Shown: one piece after another, positions 37,778-45,899 of the stretch
How positions within the stretch are numbered: the first letter of the stretch is position 1
How the letters are laid out: every line of letters starts with the position of its first letter
NCBI GenBank assembly: GCA_964409695.1
Contig: CAYPDX010000004.1
Location: 1-45,899 of the forward strand
DNA: 45,899 nt
Source: an uncultured Rickettsia sp.
GTDB taxonomy: Bacteria > Pseudomonadota > Alphaproteobacteria > Rickettsiales > Rickettsiaceae
Reading direction: 5' to 3'
Made by a program: the position numbers and the translations under genes
Notes under the pieces: generated by a model
What the model was told of the DNA's origin: nothing
What the model saw: only the letters and a program-made list of their open reading frames with translations
Databases searched by the model: none

Positions 37778-38206
37778 CTACAAGGCTATACCAGATCCAT
37801 CTTTCTGCTGTTCTGCTTCAACTTCAATACCAACTCGTTTTTTTAGAGATTTAAGACCATATTCTATTACATGTTCGTAATTTGTGCCAAATTCTAATAA
37901 TTTATTCCCAAGTCGAGTCGCTTGCTCCTTATCAGCTTGTGAGAATTTGCTCAAAACATAATCAGTTATATCATAAAGAAATTGCCAAGAGAGCTCTATT
38001 TTCTCGTCTTTATTCATGGGATTTGGATCTTGAAACTGTGCCTCGTAGCTACCTTGGGCTGTAGGGTCGCCTTTTTTAATATAGTCAACTTGGTGTGTAA
38101 TTTTGCCAATAAATTTACCCATATATTTATAAGCAAAAATACATAGGCTTAGGATGGTAATTCCAATATAAATGTAAGATAGTGAGAGATGCATATATAT
38201 ATCCAA
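37778..38206 (-). CDS. hypothetical membrane-anchored protein
   Basis: One N-terminal TM segment (YIYIGITILSLCIFAY); no family was recognised. Confidence 0.4.
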   Translation of the reverse strand: MDIYMHLSLSYIYIGITILSLCIFAYKYMGKFIGKITHQVDYIKKGDPTAQGSYEAQFQDPNPMNKDEKIELSWQFLYDITDYVLSKFSQADKEQATRLGNKLLEFGTNYEHVIEYGLKSLKKRVGIEVEAEQQKDGSGIAL

Positions 38207-38314
38207 AAATTGCTCTTTAGATTAATTTATATTTTCTCGCTATTTTAGTATATGAAATATGATAGATTAGGTGTAAAAAACAATTTATAGGTGCAATTTT
38301 GTCAATGGGGAAAA

Positions 38315-39217
38315 ATGAGTATTTTTAGCAGAGTAAAGCAAGCCTTATCAAAGACATCTAGTGGACTTGCAAAGATTACTGAGATTTTTACAAAGAAATC
38401 TATTGATAATGAATCAATAGAGGATTTTGAGGAGATCATGCTATCTGTTGATTTTGGGGTGAGTACTACGGATAAAATTATTTCTGAGCTTAAGGTCTCT
38501 AAATTTGTAAAAGAAGCTAGTGCAACGGAGTTTAAAGATAATTTAGTAGAAATTTTAGTTGGAATTTTAGAAAAAGCTGAAAAACCATTAGAAATTGTAA
38601 ATGATAAAATGAATATAATATTATTTTGCGGTGTAAATGGAAATGGCAAAACTACTACAATTGGTAAACTAGCAAATCTATATAAGAAGGAAGGAAAAAA
38701 AGTCGTTATAGCCGCATGCGACACTTTTCGGTCTGCAGCGGTTCAGCAGCTTAGAATATGGGCTGATAGAGCAAATTGTACTATAATAGAAGGAGAGCAT
38801 GAAGCTGATCCAGCGAGCGTAGCATATAAAGCTGTTGAAGAAGCTCAAAAAATAAAGGCTGATATTGTAATAATAGATACAGCGGGAAGGTTGCAAAATC
38901 AGCATAATCTAATGAGTGAATTATCTAAAATTATAAAAGTTATAAAGAAGCACGATCCCTCAGCTCCTCACTCTACAATTTTGACTTTAGATGCTACTAC
39001 AGGTCAAAATGCATTTAACCAAGTAGAGAAATTTAAAGAATTTGCAAATATTACAGGGATAATTTTTACAAAATTGGACGGAACGGCAAAAGGCGGAGCG
39101 ATTGTTGGAATAGTTGATAAATATAATATTCCAATATATTATATTTCAGTTGGTGAAAAAATTGACGATTTAGTAGAATTTAATGCAGAATCATTTGCAA
39201 AAGCTTTGGTAGGATAA
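38315..39217 (+). CDS. ftsY: signal recognition particle receptor FtsY
   Basis: GVNGNGKTTT, CDTFRSAA, DTAGR and TKLDGTAKGG motifs. ATG 38315, preceded by a GGGGA Shine-Dalgarno, is preferred over GTG 38291. Confidence 0.9.
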   Translation: MSIFSRVKQALSKTSSGLAKITEIFTKKSIDNESIEDFEEIMLSVDFGVSTTDKIISELKVSKFVKEASATEFKDNLVEILVGILEKAEKPLEIVNDKMNIILFCGVNGNGKTTTIGKLANLYKKEGKKVVIAACDTFRSAAVQQLRIWADRANCTIIEGEHEADPASVAYKAVEEAQKIKADIVIIDTAGRLQNQHNLMSELSKIIKVIKKHDPSAPHSTILTLDATTGQNAFNQVEKFKEFANITGIIFTKLDGTAKGGAIVGIVDKYNIPIYYISVGEKIDDLVEFNAESFAKALVG

Positions 39218-39219
39218 TT

Positions 39220-40035
39220 ATGATGTTATTTAGACTAGCTATTATTTTATTATCTTGTTTCTCACTTTCCTCATTCGCTTCTAATCCTCCTGTCATTGTT
39301 GTGTCAATACCTCCGATAGCAAGCCTAGTAAAAACTATAGTAGGTGATTTGGCTGAGGTAGAAATTATACAAAAAATATCCTCCTGCCCCCATCATTCTG
39401 AGATAAAACCCAGCTCTGTTTCTTTAATAAAAAAAGCGGATTATTTAGTTTTTATAGATAACAATTTTTAGCCTGATTTTTCGAAATATTCTAAAAATCC
39501 AAATTTAAAAAAAATAGAAATTTCAAAATTTGAACAATTACATATTGAAAAAAACAATCTACATATTTGGCTCGATTTAGAAAATATTTTAGTGATTTTA
39601 GGAAATATAAAAGCAATTATGTTAGAGGATGGTTTTGACAGAAAAACTATTGAAGAAAATTACTCTAGAGCTCTTGAGAAATTAAATTCTTTAAGAACCA
39701 ATTTCGATTCTTCTAATATTTTAGTAGTAGGTGATAGTTTATATTATCTTATTCCTAAAATTAATCCTGATAATTATTTTGAAATAACAAAAAATAGTAG
39801 TCTCAAAAAACTAAACAACCTAAAGGAAGTTCTGGCAAAAAATCAAATTCATTGTTTAATTCATGATAAAACTATGGAAGATAGGTTTTTTGGAAAACTA
39901 TTTCCTGGGGAAATAGTTGCTATAGACATAGAAGATTGGGGTGATTTTAACCAAAACCTCTCTGAATATTATTTCTCATATATTCAGAATATCTATTCTA
40001 AGTTTTCATTGTGCAAAAAAGACTACTCTAACTAA
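39220..40035 (+). pseudogene. ZnuA/TroA-type (cluster 9) metal-binding periplasmic protein gene interrupted by one in-frame TAG
   Basis: Track ORFs 39220-39471 and 39592-40035 share a frame. The only stop between them is TAG at 39469-39471. The translation runs through family motifs (CPHHSEIKPS, ADYLVFIDNNF*PDF, NLHIWLDLEN). Confidence 0.65.
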
Positions 40036-40080
40036 CAAAAAATATTTTTTGTAATAAGTCCATTATCAAAAAACATAGTT

Positions 40081-40115
40081 ACTCCGTGCAACAACGCGGG
40101 GTCCAGCCTTTTTTT
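40081..40115 (+). terminator. putative Rho-independent terminator
   Basis: An 8-bp stem actccgtg/cgcggggt with 2 G:U pairs and loop caacaa, then ccagcc followed by T7. Confidence 0.35.
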
Positions 40116-40205
40116 ACTAGAATATAAGTTGTTGGATTTATTAGATGTTAAGTCCCTTTGAAGTTGTTCTAACAGGTGTTAGTCCTGAACTCCAAGGCTT
40201 ATGCT

Positions 40206-40305
40206 ACCTATATCACATACTCGACATTCTTTCCCGGACACTAGTGCACTAAATGCGGGATGACTAGTTTTTTTGACGAAGCGATAAGATGCAATCAACA
40301 TTTTT
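40206..40305 (-). repeat. repeat family R1, copy B
   Basis: Its reverse complement is colinear with, and highly similar to, 15443-15542, including the TIR-type core cccgcatttagtgcactagtgtccgg. Confidence 0.8.
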
Positions 40306-40476
40306 AGTTGGTAGCGCTATGAATTCATGTGTAATTTAAAAAAGGATTCTACCTATTACTAGAGTGTGCTTATTTAACATCTGTTTGCAATATTAAGCAG
40401 AGTAAGAATGTTAAATACTTATAGTTTTCTAAGATAAAAAATATACTAGGCTGGATTATTGGTAGTTGGTTATATT

Positions 40477-42033
40477 ATGAGATTTTTTAAGAGTCTAGTT
40501 TTTTGCTTAATGTTAATTTTAAGTCATGGACGTGCGGTCGCAACTTCTGTAGCCTCTGCAACTTCTCAAGATTATACTACTATAGATAGTTCCTGTGAAA
40601 CTTCGGACACAAAAAGTATGTTTATCTCCGGTTGGTACCCGTGGGAGCCATTTCAATATGAAAAATCAACTAGTTACGGTCCTGAGCTGGCTGGCATAGA
40701 TATTGATTTAATAACTACGATTGTCAAAAAGCTTTGTTCTGATGTTCACTTCGATAAAGTTAATTGGGACCAGCATATTACGGACATTAAATCAGGAGTG
40801 AGAGATATAGCTCTAGGGGCAACGTTTTCAGAAGAAAGAAGTCAATTTGCATATTTTTCAGAGCCTTATAGATATGAACAAAACTCTCTTTTTATGTTAA
40901 AATCTTCCACAAAAGTTCTGAATTTTAAGTATATTACTCAGTTTTTAGCGCAAATTAGAGCATTCAATTTCAAAATAGGGATTGAAGAAGGAGCCATCTA
41001 CGCAGATGATAGAATTAACGGGTTTATTAATGATCCTACAAATTCAGACATTGTTATAAAGAATGACGGTATTATTAATAATCTGAGAGATTTAATAAAT
41101 GGAAAAATTGATGGTTTTCTATCAGATAGGCTTGTAGGTACATCCGCTGTTGTAAATGGTAAATACGGAGATAAGGTACAAGAAATACCACTTGATATAA
41201 AAGTACCAGCTCCTATTCACATAATGTTTAGTAAAAAGACAATATCACCAGAACTTTTAGAGAAAATAAACGCTATTATTCTTAGTATAAAAAGCGATGG
41301 AACTTATGAGAAGATAGTGAGGAATTATTTATATCCTGCGATGTTAATGCAAACAAGTGATTCAGATTGGTTTTACTATGTTACTATCTTGGGCATAATT
41401 GCTTTTGCACTATCCGGCGTAGCAATCGCTGCAAGAGACAATATGACATTATTCGGGACTTTATTTCTAGCCTTTCTTCCTTCATCTAGTGTCGGTATTA
41501 TTAGAGATACTTTAATAGCAAACTCAACATCAGGTCTGCCAAATACATCGTTTTTTATTTTTTTAGTGATTATAGTAGTGATGATTGGTTTTTCCACCAT
41601 AAGGTTGCTGAATGTTTTCAATAAAGATTCTAAAAAAGACAAAGCGACAGAGGTTTTTTGGCGTTATTTTTCGGTTATAACCGACGCTGTTGCTCAATCA
41701 GCTTTTATAATTATTGGAGTTATAATTTCAATGGTAGCTAAGCTTTCTCCGATAGAGTTGTGGGGGCCGATCTTTGCTTTTCTGATGGCAAATATGGGTG
41801 TAATGGTTAGAGATTTATTCACCAAGAATAAAGAAATATCAGTATTGAATGGTGAATTAACAGCAGAAATATCAATAATCTGGGGACTAATATTCTCATT
41901 ATTTTTGGAATATAACGCAGATAATCCAGATATGGTAACTATATCAACTGGCGCAATTATAGTAATGATCGGAGCATTTTTAACAAGGATCTATGTGATA
42001 TATTATAATGTACAAAATATACATTTTAAATAA
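40477..42033 (+). CDS. fusion protein: signal peptide + family-3 periplasmic solute-binding domain + TRIC/UPF0126-type channel (two repeats)
   Basis: The N-terminal half has SBP_bac_3-like features (WEPFQY...ELAGIDIDL, IDGFLSDR). The C-terminal half (from about nt 41365) has 6-7 TM segments and two UPF0126 repeats ending in VGIIRDTL and GVMVRDLF (the GxxxRD signature). ATG 40477 is preferred over TTG 40459. Confidence 0.65.
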   Translation: MRFFKSLVFCLMLILSHGRAVATSVASATSQDYTTIDSSCETSDTKSMFISGWYPWEPFQYEKSTSYGPELAGIDIDLITTIVKKLCSDVHFDKVNWDQHITDIKSGVRDIALGATFSEERSQFAYFSEPYRYEQNSLFMLKSSTKVLNFKYITQFLAQIRAFNFKIGIEEGAIYADDRINGFINDPTNSDIVIKNDGIINNLRDLINGKIDGFLSDRLVGTSAVVNGKYGDKVQEIPLDIKVPAPIHIMFSKKTISPELLEKINAIILSIKSDGTYEKIVRNYLYPAMLMQTSDSDWFYYVTILGIIAFALSGVAIAARDNMTLFGTLFLAFLPSSSVGIIRDTLIANSTSGLPNTSFFIFLVIIVVMIGFSTIRLLNVFNKDSKKDKATEVFWRYFSVITDAVAQSAFIIIGVIISMVAKLSPIELWGPIFAFLMANMGVMVRDLFTKNKEISVLNGELTAEISIIWGLIFSLFLEYNADNPDMVTISTGAIIVMIGAFLTRIYVIYYNVQNIHFK

Positions 42034-42113
42034 TACCATTCGTTAAAAAGACTCATAATACTGCACTCAATACGAGATGGCGGTGCTTTTGGTTGATGTG
42101 GTTATTACAAATA

Positions 42114-42782
42114 TTAAAAATCTAAATTCTCATAGTATGGAGGAGGTTTGAGGATGGCTATTCTGTCAGTGAGAATCTTTCTAAAATATGGTTGAGATTT
42201 GATTGGAGCATACCATTCTTTTAAAATTTGAAAATTATCCCAGTTCACTTCTCCGAAATAGTCGAGAACAGATAAATGGCATGCTAAAAATATATCTGCA
42301 ATAGTAATATTATCAGATACAAGGTTTCCATTTGTGCTAATAAGACTTTGAAAATATTTTGCATGGTGAGAAAAATTTACTTTAGATGCTCTTATAAATT
42401 CTGTACGAGGGCTATCAGATGAGGTTAGTAATTTTATTAATTTTTCATTTATAATATAATCAATTACTTCACTCTGAAATCTAGTATTGATCCAATGAAT
42501 TATCCTTCTCATCTCAGCTCTTTCATCTATTGAAGCTGCTGAATGATACGAATTTGGAGAAAGCTCAATCATATATTCTATAATTGCATAAAGGCTTGAA
42601 ATATTTCGATTAGCTGGAGTTGTTATTACTGGAAGTTCTCCAATAACGTCTAGTGATAATATCCTGTCTTTTTCCTTCCAGTAATCAATTTGTTTTAGAG
42701 TAAATTCAATATCTTGTTCTTTAAGCAAGCATCTTAGAAGCCTCGATTTTGGACAAAGAGGATAGTGATATACTGTGAACAT
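42114..42782 (-). CDS. glutathione S-transferase-family protein
   Basis: Thioredoxin-like N-terminal domain (YHYPLCPKSRLLRCLL...ELPVI) and a helical C-terminal domain. Confidence 0.6.
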   Translation of the reverse strand: MFTVYHYPLCPKSRLLRCLLKEQDIEFTLKQIDYWKEKDRILSLDVIGELPVITTPANRNISSLYAIIEYMIELSPNSYHSAASIDERAEMRRIIHWINTRFQSEVIDYIINEKLIKLLTSSDSPRTEFIRASKVNFSHHAKYFQSLISTNGNLVSDNITIADIFLACHLSVLDYFGEVNWDNFQILKEWYAPIKSQPYFRKILTDRIAILKPPPYYENLDF

Positions 42783-43616
42783 TTAGTATCTCAAAATCTC
42801 GTTGATCGAAGTTTTTTCTCTGGTTTTTTCATCAACTTTTTTAATAATTACTGCGCAATATAAAGATGGTTTTGAAATATCTGTATTTGGAAGCGTGCCT
42901 GGTACTACAACAGAATATGGCGGAATTTTACCATATATTATTTCGCCAGTATCTCTATTTACTATTTTTGTAGAAGCACTTACATAGACACCCATAGATA
43001 TTACGGCACCTTCCCCTACAACAACACCTTCTGCTATTTCACTTCTTGCTCCAATAAAACAATTATCCTCAATAATAACTGGATTTGCTTGGAAAGGTTC
43101 TAAAACTCCTCCTATCCCTACACCTCCTGATATATGACAATTTTTACCTATTTGCGCGCAAGATCCTATAGTAGACCAAGTATCAATCATGGTATTATCA
43201 TCAATATAGGCACCAATATTTATAAAGGAGGGCATAATTACAGTGTTTTTACCAATGTAAGCTCCTTTTCAAATATAGCCGCCTGGAACGACTCTAAGTT
43301 TTTCCTGAAGAAAATTCGCTTCTTCCCAGTTTTCATCAAATTTTGGTGGCACTTTGTCAAACCACTGGAATGGACCGGCGCTATATTGCTGAGAATCATG
43401 CAACATAAAGCTAAGTAATATAGCTTTTTTTACCCATTGATTAACTACCCAATCATTACGGTCTTTGAAAGCAACTCGTGCTTTACCTTTATCAAGGTCA
43501 TTTATGATTATCCTAACAATTTTTCTTGCTGACTTATATTCTTCAGAAAATTTATCAGCGAGTAGATTTTGTTTAGTTTCCCAAATCCGCTCAATTTCAC
43601 TTACGTATTTTTTCAT
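42783..43616 (-). pseudogene. dapD: 2,3,4,5-tetrahydropyridine-2,6-dicarboxylate N-succinyltransferase (dapD) interrupted by one in-frame TGA
   Basis: Track ORFs 43269-43616 and 42783-43235 share a frame. The translation reads ...[67 protein letters not shown].... The TGA (rc of 43269-43271) sits where E. coli DapD has Arg ([12 protein letters not shown]). Confidence 0.8.
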
Positions 43617-43766
43617 AGAATTACTGGATATAATATCTTGCCTTATAACTTAAAAGATCATATCTTTTAATCAATAGTAATCAAGTAGAATGATAATGAT
43701 ATTAGGATCAGAAATTAACCTGCCAAGAGCAAATTCTCATCAGAATAATTTGGTCTGGAACTTTAT

Positions 43767-44399
43767 ATGATAATTTCATGTCAAAATTGTAGAGCAGCTT
43801 TTGTTGTAGCTCCTGAGCAAATTGGTGTTGGGGGGAGAAGAGTAAAATGCTCGAAATGTAAAAATATTTGGTACGCCACTATACCATTAGATGCTTTTTA
43901 TATGGAGAAAACATTTGCTGAACCTTCGCGCATTGACCCAGTTAGAATAGCTACAGCAAATTTGCCGGTTATTATTTCAGCTAAAATTTCCAAAATGCTG
44001 CTTCTAGCACCATTTTTTATGCTTGCGCTTATTGCTATGACATTGCTTACTTTTTACCCTACTATTATGAATAAGTTTGGATTATGTGAATTTATCTGTG
44101 AGCCATATGGTGTTAAAATTCAAGATGTAACCTATAATTATGATGAAGCTCAGCAAAAAATAATGGTTGAATATTCAATCGCAAATAACACATTGAAAAA
44201 AGCTAAGCTACCGATTGTAGAGATAAAGCTGATAGATAGTAACAATGAAGTTCAGCAAAAAACATATATTGAGAATAACGATATATGGCTTGATGCGAAT
44301 GGTTCTGTTAAAGCTAAAACAGAATTTAATTCTATATCTCCATACTCAAAATTTGTTCGGATTGCTCTTGGCAATAAGATAAAATTCTTATTTAGGTAA
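43767..44399 (+). CDS. MJ0042-type zinc-ribbon membrane protein (DUF3426-like C-terminus)
   Basis: The N-terminus ISCQNCRAAFVV...RVKCSKCKNIW has two CxxC pairs, followed by one TM segment. Confidence 0.6.
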   Translation: MIISCQNCRAAFVVAPEQIGVGGRRVKCSKCKNIWYATIPLDAFYMEKTFAEPSRIDPVRIATANLPVIISAKISKMLLLAPFFMLALIAMTLLTFYPTIMNKFGLCEFICEPYGVKIQDVTYNYDEAQQKIMVEYSIANNTLKKAKLPIVEIKLIDSNNEVQQKTYIENNDIWLDANGSVKAKTEFNSISPYSKFVRIALGNKIKFLFR

Positions 44400-44404
44400 T
44401 AATT

Positions 44405-44935
44405 ATGATTTCTGCGGCTTTTACTAAAAAACAAATAATATTTCCACAATTTTTTACAAGAATGATAAGTCTTCTTTTGGATTTGGTAGCTTTGTCATTG
44501 GCAGTGAACCCTTTGATGTATTATATTACGGTTTTTCTTTTTAATTTTAATTTCAAAGATTTTTTATTAGAAAATAATTTGCATTTTAATGGGTATGAGG
44601 ATTTTTCCGTTATTCTTTCTAGTGAGGCTTTCGGACGTTATATGACATATTCGAAATTTGGTATTTATTATTTAGAAATAATTGGAATACAATTTATATT
44701 ATGTTCTATTTATTTTATTTTTTTCTGGACGAAGTTTGGAACGACGCCAGCTAAGTTTTTTTTCAAAGTTAAAATCGTAGATTATAAAACATTTGAGAAA
44801 CCAACTTTATATCAATCTTCTATTAGGTATATTTCCTACTTGCTTATGCCTATAAGTGTATTTTATGTTTTGTTTAAGAAAGAAAGAAGGGCTTTGCATG
44901 ATATTATAGCAGGAACAATCGCCATAAAAACATAA
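44405..44935 (+). CDS. RDD-family membrane protein
   Basis: TM segments plus the C-terminal RRALHDIIAGT motif typical of RDD domains. Confidence 0.6.
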   Translation: MISAAFTKKQIIFPQFFTRMISLLLDLVALSLAVNPLMYYITVFLFNFNFKDFLLENNLHFNGYEDFSVILSSEAFGRYMTYSKFGIYYLEIIGIQFILCSIYFIFFWTKFGTTPAKFFFKVKIVDYKTFEKPTLYQSSIRYISYLLMPISVFYVLFKKERRALHDIIAGTIAIKT

Positions 44936-44941
44936 TGTTTT

Positions 44942-45044
44942 ATTTTTAAATTATCCAAATGGCTTTAGCAGGACTCAGCTTTGCGCACTTATTAAGTATA
45001 AGCTTGCGCAGCTTCGCCCTTAAACCAATTGTCTAATTTAATCT
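44942..45044 (-). repeat. repeat family R2, long form (inverted relative to 15556-15664)
   Basis: The reverse complement reads agattaaattagacaattggtttaagggcgaagctgcgcaagcttatacttaataagtgcgcaaagctgagtcctgctaaagccatttggataatttaaaaat. Confidence 0.75.
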
Positions 45045-45112
45045 AAAACATTATATTATTGCACTTGTGCTAGGAACGAATCTCTAGAAATTACATTTGA
45101 GACACATTATTT

Positions 45113-45769
45113 ATGATAGAATTTTTTACAAAATGGCTGCCTGAAATTTTATTTATTGTTGAAGGTATTCTTATTAACCTTAAGTATACAGTTCTTTCTG
45201 TATCGTTAGGTTTAATTATTGCTATAATCATAGTTTCTTCAAATAGAAGCAAATCTGGACCTGTAAGATTTTTCAGCCATGCGTATGTTTCTTTCTTTAG
45301 GGGGACACCTTTATTAATTCAACTTAGTATTATATATTTTGTCTTACCAGGCGTAATAGGTATTAAAATATCGGTTTTTTGGGCAGCTCTTATCTCATTC
45401 TCTTTAAATTCAGGTGCTTATGCCTCGGAAATCATAAGAAGTGGAATAAATTCTGTCGATATTGGGCAGTTTGAAGCTGCGGATTCACTTGGTTTACCAA
45501 GATATTTAACAATGAAGGATATAGTATTACCTCAAGCTATAAGGAAAATTCTACCGGCTTTGATAAATGAAATGATAAATCTTTTAAAAGAAACGGCTAT
45601 TATATCAATTATAGGGGAAGCTGAAATTTTAAGAAGAGCTCAAATGGTAGCATCAGAAAAATTCAATTATGTTGTACCAATGCTTACAGCCGCTTCTTGT
45701 TTCTATATTGTAGTCCTATTGCTTGTTATAGTGGCTAATCATCTGGAAAAGAAATTATCTTTAAATTGA
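45113..45769 (+). CDS. amino-acid ABC transporter permease (HisM/GlnP type)
   Basis: EAA loop GQFEAADSLGLPRYLTMKDIVLPQAIRKILPAL, with about 5 TM segments. Confidence 0.85.
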   Translation: MIEFFTKWLPEILFIVEGILINLKYTVLSVSLGLIIAIIIVSSNRSKSGPVRFFSHAYVSFFRGTPLLIQLSIIYFVLPGVIGIKISVFWAALISFSLNSGAYASEIIRSGINSVDIGQFEAADSLGLPRYLTMKDIVLPQAIRKILPALINEMINLLKETAIISIIGEAEILRRAQMVASEKFNYVVPMLTAASCFYIVVLLLVIVANHLEKKLSLN

Positions 45770-45787
45770 AAATAGTATTATATCATT

Positions 45788-45836
45788 TCCCAGATTAAAT
45801 TAGACAAACTAAAATCGTTTGGATAATTTAAAAATG
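45788..45836 (+). repeat. repeat family R2, short form (lacks central palindromic insert)
   Basis: The sequence tcccagattaaattagacaaactaaaatcgtttggataatttaaaaatg equals the two flanks of the long form joined together. Confidence 0.7.
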
Positions 45837-45899
45837 GGAAATGCTATTAGAGTATGTTGACAAACTAGGATAAATAGATCAAATTGAACACTAATAAAA

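Noticed and set aside
43269-43271. UGA reassignment (Trp) or selenocysteine as an explanation for the in-frame TGA in dapD
   Set aside because: TGA is used as a genuine terminator elsewhere in the window, for example thrS at 27170-27172 at the expected protein end and ORF 34430-34780. Homologs have Arg, not Trp, Cys or Sec, at this position. The other two interrupted genes use TAA and TAG.
1-45899. CRISPR arrays, rRNA genes, prophage or conjugation modules
   Set aside because: No regularly spaced direct repeats, no rRNA-like conserved stretches, and no phage, integrase (other than the housekeeping Xer) or tra/vir gene signatures were seen on either strand.

Overview
AT-rich (about one-third G+C by eye) chromosomal segment that looks like an obligate-intracellular alphaproteobacterium of the Rickettsiaceae type. 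This placement is an inference from four observations: RPE-like palindromic elements, a ProP-type MFS paralog, a circularly permuted two-piece tmRNA gene, and a DnaA-box cluster directly upstream of hemE. Most of the window is housekeeping: parA-rsmG-mnmG, ndk, tsaE, tsaC/sua5, kdsB, birA, rph, grpE, dut, folC, thrS, infC, hemE-hemH-hemJ, cmk, bolA, ffh, comF, rfbD, a Xer recombinase and ftsY. It also carries tRNA-Lys(UUU), tRNA-Leu(CAA) and the tmRNA. The infC-hemE spacer (about 27.86-28.04 kb) holds 8 DnaA-box-like 9-mers, two of them perfect, and is most likely oriC. The non-housekeeping content is as follows. (1) A YopJ/AvrA-family acetyltransferase-like effector gene lies between the two t6A genes. 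(2) A roughly 4-kb islet between trmJ and tRNA-Leu carries an ankyrin-repeat gene. Its two track ORFs are one reading frame of about 1,100 codons broken by a single TAA, and the C-terminal part has a HicA-like module. (3) A periplasmic-binding-domain::TRIC/UPF0126 channel fusion is present. (4) Two more genes are broken by exactly one in-frame stop each: znuA-like (TAG) and dapD (TGA at a conserved Arg position). (5) At least three dispersed small repeat families occur, including a 351-bp TIR-bounded MITE-like unit with a second repeat nested inside it. (6) An AbrB-type antitoxin-like mini-ORF sits at the left edge. No CRISPR array, rRNA gene, transposase or phage genes were seen. All functional calls rest on by-eye motif recognition and need HMM or BLAST confirmation.
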